Source: Magallana gigas
Taxonomy: Eukaryota
Length of the DNA: 64,000 nucleotides
NCBI RefSeq assembly: GCF_963853765.1
Contig: NC_088855.1
Coordinates: 55,490,001-55,554,000 of the forward strand
Direction of reading: 5' to 3'
This document shows positions 50,746-64,000 of the stretch, piece by piece. How positions within the stretch are numbered: position 1 is the stretch's first letter; every line of letters begins with the position of its first letter. Both the position numbers and the translations under genes were made by a program. A model generated the notes under the pieces. That model had not been told where the DNA came from, did no database searches, and saw only the letters and a list, made by a program, of their open reading frames with translations.

Positions 50746-51510
50746 AAAACGTACAAACTCTAGATCTTCAAATAGCGTCATCTGGACCACTCTAGCTAAC
50801 TCTGGACACCTTACAATGTAAAACCAGATTAAACAAGACATGTTTTTGTCTATCTGTAAATCCATTCGCAATATTCATTTTTTCTCTCGAACGTTTGTAT
50901 CAGGCAATTTGCGCAAATCTACAAGATGAGCAGATAAACACATACTCCTGGTCTCTCTTTTAGCACGTTTTTAATCTTATAGATGTATCATGTATTTATC
51001 TTATAGGTCAGAGGCAAGGTACATTATTATTTATATGATAAAATCTCGATAAATGAGTCTTTCAAAGTCAATCAAGAATTTCATTTAATAAATAAGAAAA
51101 AAATAAATAAACGTAAAATGCCATATAAAATTGTGAATGTGTTTAAAGCTTTGTAAATTGTTTAATAATTGGAAATAAAGAAAGTGACAGGAAAAGAGAG
51201 AAGGAGCAAAATAACGTGATCAGGACTATCGTAAGGATCACCTATTTAACACCTATTTAACACTTTATCCTATATTTTACATTTCAAATACCTAAATATT
51301 TCATTATTTTAACTCTAACGATATACCACAAACCACAAAATGCATTATCAGCTTCACCTATGTATAGTTTTTGTGCATTATTAATTTGACTCTAGCAGAT
51401 TGTCTTTAATCAAATAAGAGAGATGGGTCTTACTCGTAACATAAAATGCATGCCTAGCTAATTACGCAAATAGCTTGGAAACTGGAAGCTTTTACATTGT
51501 GTAATATTGG

Positions 51511-53100
51511 TTAAAGGGACTTTTACACGATTTAAGCTCAAAGTTTCCAAATTATATTTTTCCATTTTTTGTATCAAGAAAGATAAATATGGATACATGT
51601 GTTTTTAATGATTTGTCAAAATTTGAAAGTCAAATATCGGGTTACAAGCAGGATTCAAAGTTTGAAATTCGTTGTTCTGTAAAAACAGCTTGAGTCCTGT
51701 TATTGTTTACATACGTGTGGTATTGGTACGAATTTCAATCAAATGCTGCATTTTTTGTTGATGATATATTATTTATGAACACATTTAATCAGAATATCTT
51801 GTTTGACACACGTCATTGTTTCAAAGAAATCATGGTTATTTCTTTACTTTTTGTTGTTTGTAAACAAATATAAGTCTCAAGCTTTGTTTACAAAACAACC
51901 ATTTATTACTTCTGTATCTTGCTCGTAACTTGACATCTAACATTTAAGGTTTTGTTAATAACTCAAAATGTACAAGTTAACCATTTTAAACATAAAAAAA
52001 ATAAAAACAAAAAATTGATCTCAATTCTTGTCTCTGTATTAAACATACATTTGATGTCGCTATCAATTACCTAAGCAAATTGTTTCAAATATTAATAATG
52101 ATCAAAGTACTCTGAATTTCCTCATGGATCTTTAATTACAAACTTCACCGCTGTATTTGGTACGCTGTTGAGTATGGAAGTGTGTTCTTGCAACATTTTT
52201 ACCCTTTTCTTTTGTACAATTTAATGTGTAAAATTTACACTTTAAAATGTAAAAATTCACTTTAATATGTAAAAAATTCATTTTTTTTATACGATCTTGC
52301 TAATTTTTACCTGACACAAAGTGGAGGCAACTCATAATTTTGTTCTGCAATTTTGTAATGGAAAAGCAATGATCTCAACACTAAACAAATGATCAACATA
52401 TTACAAAATAAAATGTCTTTCTAAAATGGTATTTGGTAATTGACGTAAAGGAGATATCTCTCAAACCTAACGAATGTGTCATCCTTGTGAATGATTTGGA
52501 CGGTAAAGTGATACCTATGTATTAACACACCTGTAAATGTGTACACGGACACAGTTTATTGAATGTTTACTTCGTGATGGCGGTTTTTAGATCGAATGAT
52601 TTTTCAAATTTTGATAATGACAGGAAATGCGTAATTGTATTTGTCGATACAAGCGTTCTATTTTTTTTAAAATTGTGCTAAAAAGACTAAAAACACGATT
52701 TTGGCTCAAGATTTAACTTTCATTTTTAATATCTAGAATGGTCAATATGGATGTTTTTTTCAATGCTTTGTCATTTGGAAGTCAAATATTAAGTTATAAG
52801 CGATTTACAGATGTTTGGTAAAGGACGCTCGAGTCCTGTTGTTGTTTACATACGATGTGTTGTTATGTACTAGTATCAGTTTAATTTGTTTGCCACAAGT
52901 GATTTTGTCAACGAAAGTTTAATTCCCTTTCTTTACATTATTGGTTATCAAATTTATCTCGAGCTTTGTTTACATGGCAATTTCTTTCCTCTGTATTTGT
53001 AAACCCGACTTCTATCACTCAAACACACACGATACCATTTTATGCATAAAAATCTAACATAAAAATTTTCATTTAAAATCTTGTATAGATCCCTTTTAGG
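51511..53100. repeat. Two diverged copies (~51511-52045 and ~52690-53100) of a TTAA-flanked Kolobok-like non-autonomous repeat
   Basis: TTAAAGGGAC..ACACGATTT start. Shared internal motifs include tttg(g)aagtcaaatat and gagtcctgtt.ttgtttacatacg. Confidence 0.45.
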
Positions 53101-54112
53101 TAATGTACGTAAACAATTTTATAATCATTTGCACGCAGCTTAATTTCAGTATTACTCAAGTGGAATGTTAAATCCATGTTATATCGATTTAGATCTATTT
53201 GGATCTAGAATATCTGTAACCACCTGTAGTTTAGTACATTTATAATCAAGAGTAACAGTAATTCTGGTTGCAGCGCCGTTCTCCGATAGCATTATTTTTA
53301 CTATTAAATTTTATTATGATCTATTCATTGTACTATGTAAACGAAAAAGATTGGGAAAATCATTCTTATCAACCAATTGCCTCACAATAGAAACTGGCAG
53401 ATGTTGATTTTTTATGGAATCAAGAATTGTAAACAATGTTTCTTAAATATATTGGCATTTAGTGCTTTACCAATAATTTTACATAATACCTTTATATAAC
53501 AGTTTTACGTTAACTGGTTCATTTAAAGACAGTTTATCCCTAAGCATATTTTTCTTTTTAAAGTCTTCCTGTTAGACAGTTATTCAAACTCATGAATTGT
53601 TAACCTTTTTCAACATATTGTATCGAACAATTTTATAATGAAATGTGCGTCCAAAAAATTATAATAAGCTAAACAACTATTTGTCAAATACAGGATTTAG
53701 AAGAGGTATTGCTGGTTTCCTTAAAGTGATTATGAAACTTGATTTAATCATTTGGATACTTTAAGAAGTAATGTTACATATATACCTTTATGTAAACGAT
53801 ATGGCACATTTGATATTTTAATAAATCATTTCATTTACAAATTACGAGAAGACAATTCGCAGTTTTTGTCAAATGTGTTTTAAAAAAAATTCATTTGAAA
53901 ATGGTTTAACACATTAAACTAATTTGCAGGTATTTAGGCTTTAAACACAATAAATCTTTGACAGCATAAGGATGCAACAAATGCAACAAGTGATTCAGTA
54001 TAGAGCATTCCTGTAGCATGTATATCGGCAATATCGTGTACAGTCTCTGTACTCGTATACATAAGAGTATAAAGACTGTATATCATTCAATTTTAGATCT
54101 TAACACATTGTT

Positions 54113-54386
54113 TAATCATGCAAAAAGTAGCCTATATTGGCGACATCCTGTTGACGAGAAGACGACGTCAACTTGTTGGTGTATGTCACCACTATAGCCA
54201 GACGGAAACATTTCTATTCCGTACAAAACAACAAAGCAGATGTCATCATAGTGTTAAGGTCAAATTCAATGAAAAGGGACTACAGATTTATGAATTTCAA
54301 AATATAAATTCTATCAATGATGCTTCTTAACAATAGTTAGTTTGATAGGGTATATCTGGGCTAAAGTGTTTGGTGAAAACAATGAA

Positions 54387-54444
<58 letters not shown>

Positions 54445-54647
54445 ATTACAAGATAGCATAAAATAGCATAATGAACCATGATGCATAATAAGGATGAAAT
54501 AAAATCGTGTTTAACAACAGATGATATCTGCTTTGTTATTTCGTAAGGAATATAGAAATGTGTCTGTATGGCTATTTTGGTGAAATACACCAACCTGTTG
54601 ACGTCGCCTTTCGTCAACAGGTTGTAAGCTACATTTTTGCATGATTA
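54113..54647. mobile_element. TA-flanked MITE with ~75-bp imperfect TIRs containing an (AG)n tract (54391-54442)
   Basis: taatcatgcaaaaagtagc...cctgttgacga..gacgtcaac..gttggtgta vs tacaccaacctgttgacgtc..tcgtcaacagg..gctacatttttgcatgatta. Confidence 0.7.
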
Positions 54648-55383
54648 TGCAATGAAATGATCTTAAATTGAACAATTTCTTTTCTTTCTCGCTTTGTCTC
54701 TTTCTCTGTCTCTTTTTCTCCCTGTCTCTCTGTGTGCCTCTCTCCCCTAATAATAAAATAGGGTTTAACTAGCTGATGATATCTGCTTTGTTATTTCATA
54801 AGAAATCACGATGTGTTATTCCTGCAATTTTGGTGAGCAATGTACAAAAGCTAACTTATTCTGAAAACAAATAGTTTACAGACGTAAATATGCGTCATAA
54901 GAATAAACTAAATTTAAATTTAGGATAATCCCCAATGTGCAGAAAACCATACAGCACATGCTTCGTTGCCACATACCGTCACCATGTTGCACCAGAAGCT
55001 GTTTTTTTTTGCTACGCGGCCCCGATACGGCCTCTATTAGGGATGATAAAGACTCCCATTACGTCAAATGGTTAACATTACATTATGGTGTGAAAATGTC
55101 GATTACCAGCCATTGCTGTTAGAAAAACAGTCACCAAATAAAAACGTAAAAACAAATATCAAAGAGAAAAACTGGGTGAATTGACGTGTGCATTAAAATG
55201 AAATGACTGTCATGAAGCGATTGGAAATGTCGCAGATTGTAACATCCAAAATGATATGATAAATGATGCACGTAAAAAAAATAATAATGTGATGGTAATC
55301 AATTGTATACATGCTTGTGTTCTCATCATTACATTTAATTATATATCTTTTTTGCATTTTCAATAGATAACAAATAGTAGATA

Positions 55384-56450
55384 AACTAGAGCCGAGCTCG
55401 TTGCAAGCAACATGGAGGTCTTCTGTAACAGCTTCAAATCAAGAAAGGATTGCCAATCAGTCTTAATAAAACCATCCCCTTTCTCCTTACACTTGTCAGG
55501 GTGTTACAGATATTGATAGGAGGTCTTTTCACACTATCCTAACTTCTGACCAATCAGGGCTTTAGAAAATCAATTTGAACTCTTGAAAATTAGTTCATGC
55601 GTATTTTCTATGTATTAATGTAACCCCCAGACTGCAGAGTATTGAAGAGTTAGATCTCTCGTAAAACAGATAAAGGCATGTCTGTGATAAGTTGGGGATA
55701 TATTTAGACAAGAAAAGTATTGACTGCGACTTTAAAACATTATTGCGCACAGAGAGCTATTCCCTATAAGCAAAATGAAAGCGGGTATGCATGTCCTCAT
55801 GTTTAGCTTTTAAGCTCATATTATGCAATATCCAAACAATACTATATTACAATTAGATTGATAAGATAATGAAGATCAACTTTTCCGGCGGCATCATTAT
55901 CGTAGCATGATCGTTTTTTAGTTATACAGCAAATACTTTCCGGACGCCTAGATACCTTTAATTTATAAACAACTTTTGTTCTATATGCATTAAGAAAATA
56001 TTTCAAACTAAAAAGTTACGAAGCAAAAACATGAGTAAAAATTAGCAATGTTTAATAAAACATAGATTTCGATTACATAGTTTATGTGGTACAATTGAAA
56101 AAGAAATAAAAGACAAAAATTAGAGGACAACATTCAAAGTTTCAAAATTTTAAAGATTACTAACTTTGGGTTATTTGCTACGGACTGTTTCGGAGCCTTT
56201 GTCCGGAAAGGAATGCCCTAAAATTTTTCAAAAAGGGGGAATAATTCTAACCCGGAAGTTACAATTTGTCATTTTTTGTGACTTGAAAACTACATCTAAT
56301 TTACAATACACCCTGAAAATTTGAATGAAATCAGATGACAAACCAAAAAGTTATTTAGGTTTTAAAAAAACGTCTAGAAGAAGAATAACAATAATGAAGA
56401 ATTACCATCAGAATACAACGGAAGACCTTGTACTGATTCTGATGGTAATT
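55384..56450. mobile_element. Helentron/HINE-like non-autonomous element
   Basis: Left end AACTAGAGCCGAGCTCGTT...AGGTCTTCTG. Right sub-TIR CGGAAGACCT lies inside the hairpin AATTACCATCAGAAT...ATTCTGATGGTAATT (~56400-56450), preceded by AAG/AAT repeats. Confidence 0.55.
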
Positions 56451-59400
56451 CTTCTTTATTCAACTTTAAGTTAATTTTACGAATGGAGACTCATTCTATT
56501 GTTTTTATGGAAATATTTTAAAATGATGGTAAAGCGAACAGTTATTGAAATAAAAAATATTCTTGTAATTAAATGTGGTCTCCGTTGATTGAAATAATAA
56601 ATACCGGTACTCTTATAACGGATGGGTTTTCATTTTATTTGAAATAATAGATATTCTTGTAATGGAATGTGGTATTTTAACATCATTTCACAATGTAAAG
56701 AAATACTGTGGCATTGCTAATGGCAATGATTTGTTAAGGTCCGTCAGGTGTCTCCACATCAAACAGGATGGCTGTGTGCATTTGTCAAGCGTAGTCAAAT
56801 TCTGTTTTCTTACGTGGTTGCTTGATGATAAACGTAATACAACTGCAAAAGTAAACCAACTGTAAATATTCTCTCCGCCAATGCCTACACACATACCAGT
56901 TCATCACAAACTTTATTAAACAAACAATCATCCGGTGACTGAAAAAAAATCCATTGATTTTGATTGTTGCTGACTCGAAACTAAAAATATATGAATATTC
57001 AGATTACAATTTACCCTGCTAATACTTCTGTACGTATTTGGAAACAAAGCTCTGATTCCGTTACGTTGTTTAGGCGGTAAACACATGTTGTTGCTGAGTA
57101 CAGATTGTATGACCATATGCAAAAGTTTTCAACCACAGACAAATTTACATATATTGAAATAAAAATTTAGGGAGAGGACAAAAATAGGCCATGCCTGCTG
57201 TCCGACCATATTTTATTTTGAAGTAAAATACTCTTTAAACTAAAACAAACTGTATCTGGTAATGCATATGCAATAACGTGAAAGTAGCGCTTCCATGGCT
57301 TGCTCTGATGGCGGAACATGTATCAGCTTTTTCAAAGTTAATCATTTTAAAACCAGTAGACACCATTGTCTTAAGGCACTAACGTCAATTTGTTTCAACT
57401 TTCATATATGTTTTTTTCTTTTATTTGCTTAAAAACTCAAACCAAAAGTTTTCAGAAATGTGCATTCGTGCATTAATCTCTAAGAGATGCGTATTTATGG
57501 GTATATGTTTATCAACAAGTTGCACAGATTTATATTTATTTACATTACCTGAAGTCAACTATTTTCACTCACAATTTGTAACTTTTCTGAGAAATGAAAA
57601 CATTCATCGTCCCCAGTGTATGACATCACTATAGCCTGATTACGACTGTACGGTTAAATAATTTGGAAAATTCCTAAATGCTAAGAATTACAGGACAAAA
57701 GACTGAATTGAACGGTCAAAGTTTTAAATCAAACACGTGTTTTAACGTCTCCAGTGTGCGTTGTCACTGGTCTCGTGCATGGTGTTTTTATCAAGAGCTT
57801 GTTAAAATAAACATCTTCCAGCCTATGTTCTAAAACAATATGTTAAAGAGTAATTTCCATACAAAGCTCATTATTTCTTTTTTTTTTTATCTTAAGACTC
57901 ATATTTCTAAATATGGACCTGGTCTAATGACATTTTTGCAAAAAATTTATGAAGTATCACACAATATATAATTGCTTATATTTTTCACTTTTTTTTGTTA
58001 GAGTCTTTATCGTGGTGAGCTTAATCGTTTCAACTCAATTTAATCTGAATATTCTAAGCTAATATAAGCTATATCTAAGACATTTGGCGATATGATACAC
58101 AGGAAAAAAAAGGAGGGGATCTGTTTTATTTGATCAATCATAGTGCATAAACATTTAAAAATTAAAATAAATTTTAAAAAAATATTTAAAAAATGAATAA
58201 TTTCCTTCTTTTTATTAATTTTCGTTTATTTTTTTAAACTTATAATTAATTAAAATATCTTAATTCATCCTGCAGACAAAATAAACTGTTTTGAACACTG
58301 AAGTAACACTAGGAATAAAAGTTGTTTTAGAATCATTAAAAAAAAGGTGAAAAAATTCCGACGTGCAAACATCTCTTATTTATTTTTCTTGGAAATGGGG
58401 GGGGGGGGGGGGGGGTTATTATGGATATATGACACTGAAGCAACCACCTACGATGAAATTTTGTTTTTCAAATCGTGCACAAGCCCAAATGCACTGCAAA
58501 TATCTTCGATAATAATTATTCTGAGGATGAAGATATCAACTAGGGAACCAAAACCACAGGTTTGATTTGTTCCTTGTATTTGTGGTGGGTTTCTGAGGAC
58601 AAGAACAAGGAAGCAGTGTTCCTTACAACTAACCATATGATCACTCTATTTTTAGAAGATTAAAAAATGAACCAGCATCTCAATTTAAATTTAAACAGAA
58701 AAACCTTTGTCGACTCGCCAGAATAACGATCCAACATGATAAGATGAAATACAGTTCTCACACTTGATCAGCAGTTTGCAAAGCACCGAGCCACATATTG
58801 CAACTCCATACAAACCAATAAATGCCAATTAAAATTAGATACATTGTTCACACTTTAAAATATCAACTTACACTATACATAATCATTCTTGATTTGATTT
58901 GTTTTGCATTCTGTATTCTAAAGTCAAAACCTTATTGTGATTTTAAATGAACATTACTAGCCTTAAAGTCAAAGTGAATAAGAATAACAGAATTATTCAC
59001 TAAATTAAAAGTGAAATAAATTCTAGAAAGCGTAAATTATACTCATTTTTGTCCTAATAAACTCTTAAATGCTTCACGACGCTGGCAATTGTTTTCTTTC
59101 CGTTGCCAATTTGCATCACAAAAATGGAATCACGCCGACAAGCTAGAAGAGAATCAACATTATCTCATTAGTAATTATTTCTTTAAAAAAACTTTCAATA
59201 ACGGCATCGATAAACAAAAAAAATGCTCGAAGATAAGGTGGTAAAATGAAGAATTTCGTTAAATTAATGATTGAAGGTCCAAACGAATAGACTGCAGTAA
59301 TTAGAGTGATAGAAGATTTGTATTTTATAGGTTACCCCTAAAAAGGAGATTGCTCCTCGTCATAATCAATACATTTCTTACATTATTATTTTTTTTATTT

Positions 59401-60315
59401 TGAAATCTTTGCTGTATAGAGATCAAACATACAAAGTTCTTGGCATTGTAAACTATGCAATATATCTAATGCATAACACTGTACCAGATAATTATGCAAG
59501 TACGAAGGTGGCAATTTTACAACCATCTATGCTGCTTGTATCGAAAAATGTAATAATGTTATATGATAGACCATTGCTTAAAGAGTTTCTAACCACCTTC
59601 ATCACTACTTATCTGTCAATTGAGATATTTACCTTTCTATATAAAATCTCATATGATAATAATTTTTCATGAGAAACAAATGTCCAAAAGAATATTTGAA
59701 ATTCTTACCGGATTAAAAAAAATTCATTTAGGAATTTCAATTCCGATAGGATTTGAACAAAACTTCCATACGGTTTTAAATTCCGATAGAAAACCTTAAT
59801 TTTCCATAAGAAAACTACCTGTCTGAAACAAATTGCTTAAGGAAACACTTTTTTCTACAGGAAATATAATAACAAATAGAATTTATGAAAATCCTATGAA
59901 ATATTATAAATAAATATTATTTTCCTATTGGATTTTACTTTTAGAATAAAGAAATATCTTATCTGTAAGGCGATGTGTACTTAAAACAAAAGAGGTAATA
60001 AACTCTCAATACAATGGTCTTTTGCTTGGTATTTTTTTTTACGAAACAGCATCTTAAAAGCGGATGCAAACATGACATCTCTGCATAATTATTCGGTGTT
60101 GTATATGAAAATCCACATAAACATCGTGTATCTTGAAAATATGTTAACTATGACAGGTACATAATAAAGTGTACTATCATACGTTTATATTGGCAAATAA
60201 CAATTCATGAAATAACAACGAACATAGAAATAAACACCTGATATGAAACCCTGTAGAGTCAATCACGTTTAAATAAATCAAATAAATAATAAAAATAAAA
60301 AATAAAAATAGAAAA

Positions 60316-60981
60316 TCATCCTCTAAACACCCGTCTTATGTTACTAATGAAATTTTTAAACGTTTGCAATTTCCTGTACGTTTTCAGGCAATATCTAGTC
60401 ACTATTCCAATATATAACAGAAGTCCTTCTGCATTCATTGCCTGACGAGAGTAGGAAAACCCATTGAGTGTCCAGGACACAAAGCAATCACAGTTATTGT
60501 AGAACACATAATACTGTCTCTCCCCTAAACGCCTTCTAGCTCTATCTATGGCCTCAAACTTTTCCTGTGGTGTTTGTGGATAGTTCTCGGCCGTCATAAG
60601 ATACACTCCGGCATCAAAATCAAGAAACTCTTCAGCGTTTGAGAGGTCTACGGAATTTTGGATAATTTCTGCGACTCCTTTTAACAGAATTATCCGCGAG
60701 AGGCGCTTGAGCGCGTAATGGATGATGGTGAGTTTGTTCTCAGTGGCTTCGGTCACCAGGAAGTGATGGTCATAACTGTAATCAAACGTCCACCACAGAA
60801 TTCTGAGGGCCTGGGGTCTGTGGACTCGAATGTGAGAGGCGCTGCCTATCTTCCCGCTCCGAATCAACTGAATTAAATGCTGCAAATCATTGACACGTTC
60901 TTCGTCGTATTGTTTCTCTTTATGAATTCCTTTAGACAGTTCTATACAATTACATGAAAAGGTGGAAATCGCGGCTGGCAT
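60316..60981 (-). CDS. Intronless LRAT/PLAAT-like (permuted NlpC/P60) protein, paralog B, 221 aa (likely start MPAAIS at 60981)
   Basis: YDHHFLV...TIIHYA...YYVFYNNCDCFVSW; collinear with paralog A. The TATA box at 61040-61047 places the ORF-track start (61035) at or upstream of the expected TSS. Confidence 0.85.
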   Translation of the reverse strand: MPAAISTFSCNCIELSKGIHKEKQYDEERVNDLQHLIQLIRSGKIGSASHIRVHRPQALRILWWTFDYSYDHHFLVTEATENKLTIIHYALKRLSRIILLKGVAEIIQNSVDLSNAEEFLDFDAGVYLMTAENYPQTPQEKFEAIDRARRRLGERQYYVFYNNCDCFVSWTLNGFSYSRQAMNAEGLLLYIGIVTRYCLKTYRKLQTFKNFISNIRRVFRG

Positions 60982-61039
60982 TGTTGTATTGTATCTGCTG
61001 AATTTCTGCACAAAATATGGACTGAACATAAACAAACTT

Positions 61040-61080
61040 CTTTTATACAGGTATTTTACCTATCCTTAAGCTCCGCCTCT
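61040..61080 (-). promoter_or_regulatory. TATA box (TATAAAAG) and GC-box-like site of LRAT-like paralog B
   Basis: Motifs at 61040-61047 and 61071-61078. An Inr-like TCAGT lies ~20 nt downstream of the TATA box. Confidence 0.55.
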
Positions 61081-62029
61081 ATACGAAGGTTAATGTAGTT
61101 ACTAATGACTAAATATAAATGTCTCAATCTCCAAATTTTTTTTTGCTTGAAGTAAGTATATTACCAAGTTTTCCATGACATAAATAGATAATTTATGTAG
61201 ATAACTAAGGTGAATTAAACTTAATTTGACTGATCTAAACTACATAAAAAAAACTATGAGGCTGACATAAAGGTAGAAATACTAGTAGTTCGTAAAACAC
61301 TGTGAAAGTTTTAAAAATGTTTTGGCAAACCAAACATATCAGAGTATAATAGCTATACAATTTAAGATTTGTAACGTTAAAACACCTGCAAACCATTAAG
61401 TGAAGCGTGAACGTGAAAACAGCGAATGTTACAAATTGTACATACTGATATTTTAAATAACTTATTCACTTATTAAAACCAAAATGTTTATGTATTATTT
61501 GTTTTATCAAATTTTTTATGTTAATAATATATTACACCTTAATAATTGTATTTTTTTTTTATACAATTATAACGTCAGGTTAATCATCTATGTTGTTTTG
61601 TGTGGAGGATGTATTATGGGAAATTCTTGATAAATTTTCTAAATCCTCTTCGAGTTTAGCTGCTCAGAAAAATCTAATTATTTGAAGTAATGTCAAGGGA
61701 GACCCTAAAATAAGATAGAAGCAATAAATTAAGTAGAATTTATACACATGAGTAGTCAAATTCTTTGTTTCTTTTCAAAAAACAGAGAACGATATCGGCT
61801 TTAACCATTTTATATGATTTTTAATGTATTTTCTTAGTGAAGTTATAATTGTTTTGACTGCTAAAAGAGTATTTTGGAGCTTAAAATTTGGTCTCAGTTG
61901 ATGAGTAATGTTATTATCAATAAATAAATTATTAGAAAAATGCAAACGGAGGTCCTATGTCATAATTTATTGAGATAAACAATAACCTTTATAGGTAAAT
62001 ATTTTTAACAGATTTGTGCAGTGAATAAG

Positions 62030-62290
62030 TGAAAGGTGGCGATAACGAACAATATTCAAAATCAAAAGTCCAAAGGAAAAATACAAAACAGGAGCAGAGC
62101 AAGCACAAACTTCTGAAAATATAGAGGTAGGATCAAATGCCATGGAGAAGTGGCCATCCTCTGCTGATAGGTCACACCCGCCGTGTGCTCTCTGTCGTAA
62201 TCGGGAAAACGAAAAAATCCGTAGACATTGAGTAAATAAATAATTATATAAATAATAAGTATGAAAAACGTCAGTCAGCACTCAAACTAG
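62030..62290 (-). mobile_element. 3'-end fragment of an abundant retroelement-derived repeat (probably Penelope-like)
   Basis: Begins with MLTDVFHT-coding sequence, then cacggcgggtgtgacc..cagcagaggatg..ctccatggca..tgatcctacctct. Family assignment is from recollection only. Confidence 0.4.
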
Positions 62291-63634
62291 TGACAGATTG
62301 AAATTGCCAACAACGTCGTTGTACCGAGAGTAGAACGATGTTTTAAGATGCTGCATACATTATAGTATAAATTATTCCAATTGTAACGCAAAAGACAAGA
62401 TTAATATCAAAGGAAACATGTAAACTTACAATACGTGTACTCCAAACTCATTTTCAAAGTAATCACAAGCAATAATTTCCATTAGATAAGACTGCACTTA
62501 AATTTTTTTTAATTTTTTTTTTTAAAAATCACTAATAGCACCTTTAAACGGTTAGTCTTGATTTATGGAATTGTTTGCTGTGTTTCTACCTTTCTTAGAG
62601 ACATTATTTCAATTGTCGGAACTGTGCAATCGTGTACAAATAATAATATAAGCACAATTGATTGTACGTTCATCAACTTGGTAAATAGCTTTAATCTTAC
62701 AAACATCAGAGAGATACACTGTTTTGGCAAGAGCGCAAAAGTCTTCTCGGAAATTTAAAATACCTTTTGAGTGGTTTTTTTTTCGATTTTTAGGTATATC
62801 TAATTTTATGTTAATTTTATTTTATACGCTGTAGAACAAAACAATAAATAAATAAAATAAACGAAGAAAAAACACTTCCCACATTTGATAAATGAAACGT
62901 AACCCAAATGTTACACAAAATGTGCTAGATTTTATAACCTTTTCTTTCAAGAATTGACTTGTGCTTTTCTTCCGTGTTGAAATAAGATTGGTTGCTCGGC
63001 ATGAACCACAGTAAGAAGCCTTTGTACAAGTAAGATTGTGGTAGAAAAATCTAAATTGCTGACGATTTTCTCATCAAACGAGTCAATGTAACTATTAAAA
63101 TGTGTATTGGATCCTTAAACTTCAATTTGATCTATCAAATGTGATGGATTTTTACCCGGCACCTGCTACATTAGGCATTTGTTATGTTAAGAAGAGTGAG
63201 CAGCGACGTTTACAGATTAAGTGATTAACCTGGGTTTTTTTTTTAAATGCAGTGAGCATAGAAATATCGCCTTTCATGTGTAGTTTTCCACTAATTCAGC
63301 TAATTGTTTCTTTAGTGTTTTAAACTCATTATACAAATGTGTTGTTTAATGCAATTGTGATTTTCACAAAAAAACCTGTAAAATTGCACACAAAATGCAT
63401 TATGCTATGAGTTTTTACTCTCTTATTTTTTATGTGTATTAAAGTCAATGATTTAATATTATGTTGTAGTTCAGTCGAATTAAGAAAAAAATGCTTTCAA
63501 TTTCAATTTGCTTTCAATTTCTTTTTTGATATATTACTTTGTGTTAAAAACATATGAGTAGTTTATCTGAGCATGTATATTTAATATAATATTTTGCATT
63601 AAAAATTATTTTGAACTCATAAGCATCTATCATT

Positions 63635-64000
63635 TTTGGGAGTTGATTTTAATCAACCCTCCTATGCACTTACTCGGGCAAAGCGAAAGTGAAACAGTGT
63701 TTGGACCTAAGCACAAATCAATACCACTGACAACACTTAGTTCTTGAAAATAATCGATAAATTCTGAAGCATTGTTTTTCAAGAAAACTTTTTTTATTAA
63801 TACCATGAAAATAGTAAGATTTTAAATTGTACAAACAGTTTAGATATTTTTTAAAGTCGTATGTATTCCTACGCTAGAGTTCAATGTAGTCTCGTTCAAC
63901 CAGACGCTTGACTGTCTCCGTTAATATCCGACAAAACAGAGTCTCTCTTGCTTGTCGGAGATAAACGGAGACAGCCGAGCGTTTGGTTGAACAAGCAAGA
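63635..64000. repeat. Interspersed repeat homologous to 20985-21420, with a longer palindromic cassette (63888-64000)
   Basis: Direct similarity. Runs off the window end. Confidence 0.65.

Noticed and set aside
60982-61035. N-terminal extension MFMFSPY... of LRAT-like paralog B
   Set aside because: It overlaps the expected TSS just downstream of the TATA box and has no counterpart in paralog A.

Overview
AT-rich eukaryotic (animal) genomic DNA with spliceosomal introns, microsatellites and dense transposon debris. The repeat types suggest a bivalve such as an oyster (inference). There is one 128-nt N gap (32420-32547). Host genes reconstructed by hand: (1) a tandem array of three 3-exon PhyH-like Fe(II)/2-oxoglutarate dioxygenase genes on +, where copy 1 is frameshifted and copies 2 and 3 are intact at 337 aa; (2) a 5-exon, 180-aa secreted Asp-rich/Pro-Gly-Thr-rich protein on + that the ORF track misses; (3) two intronless LRAT/PLAAT-like (permuted NlpC/P60) genes on -; (4) a probable first exon of a CARD-domain gene on -, head-to-head with the dioxygenase array. 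Mobile DNA includes LINE fragments, a Tc1 transposase relic, Helentron/HINE elements (one with a 180-bp tandem array), a Crypton-like relic, many MITEs, and a Penelope-like element whose 3' repeat holds a complete type I hammerhead ribozyme (49866-49998, -). All alignments were made by eye, so repeat boundaries are approximate.
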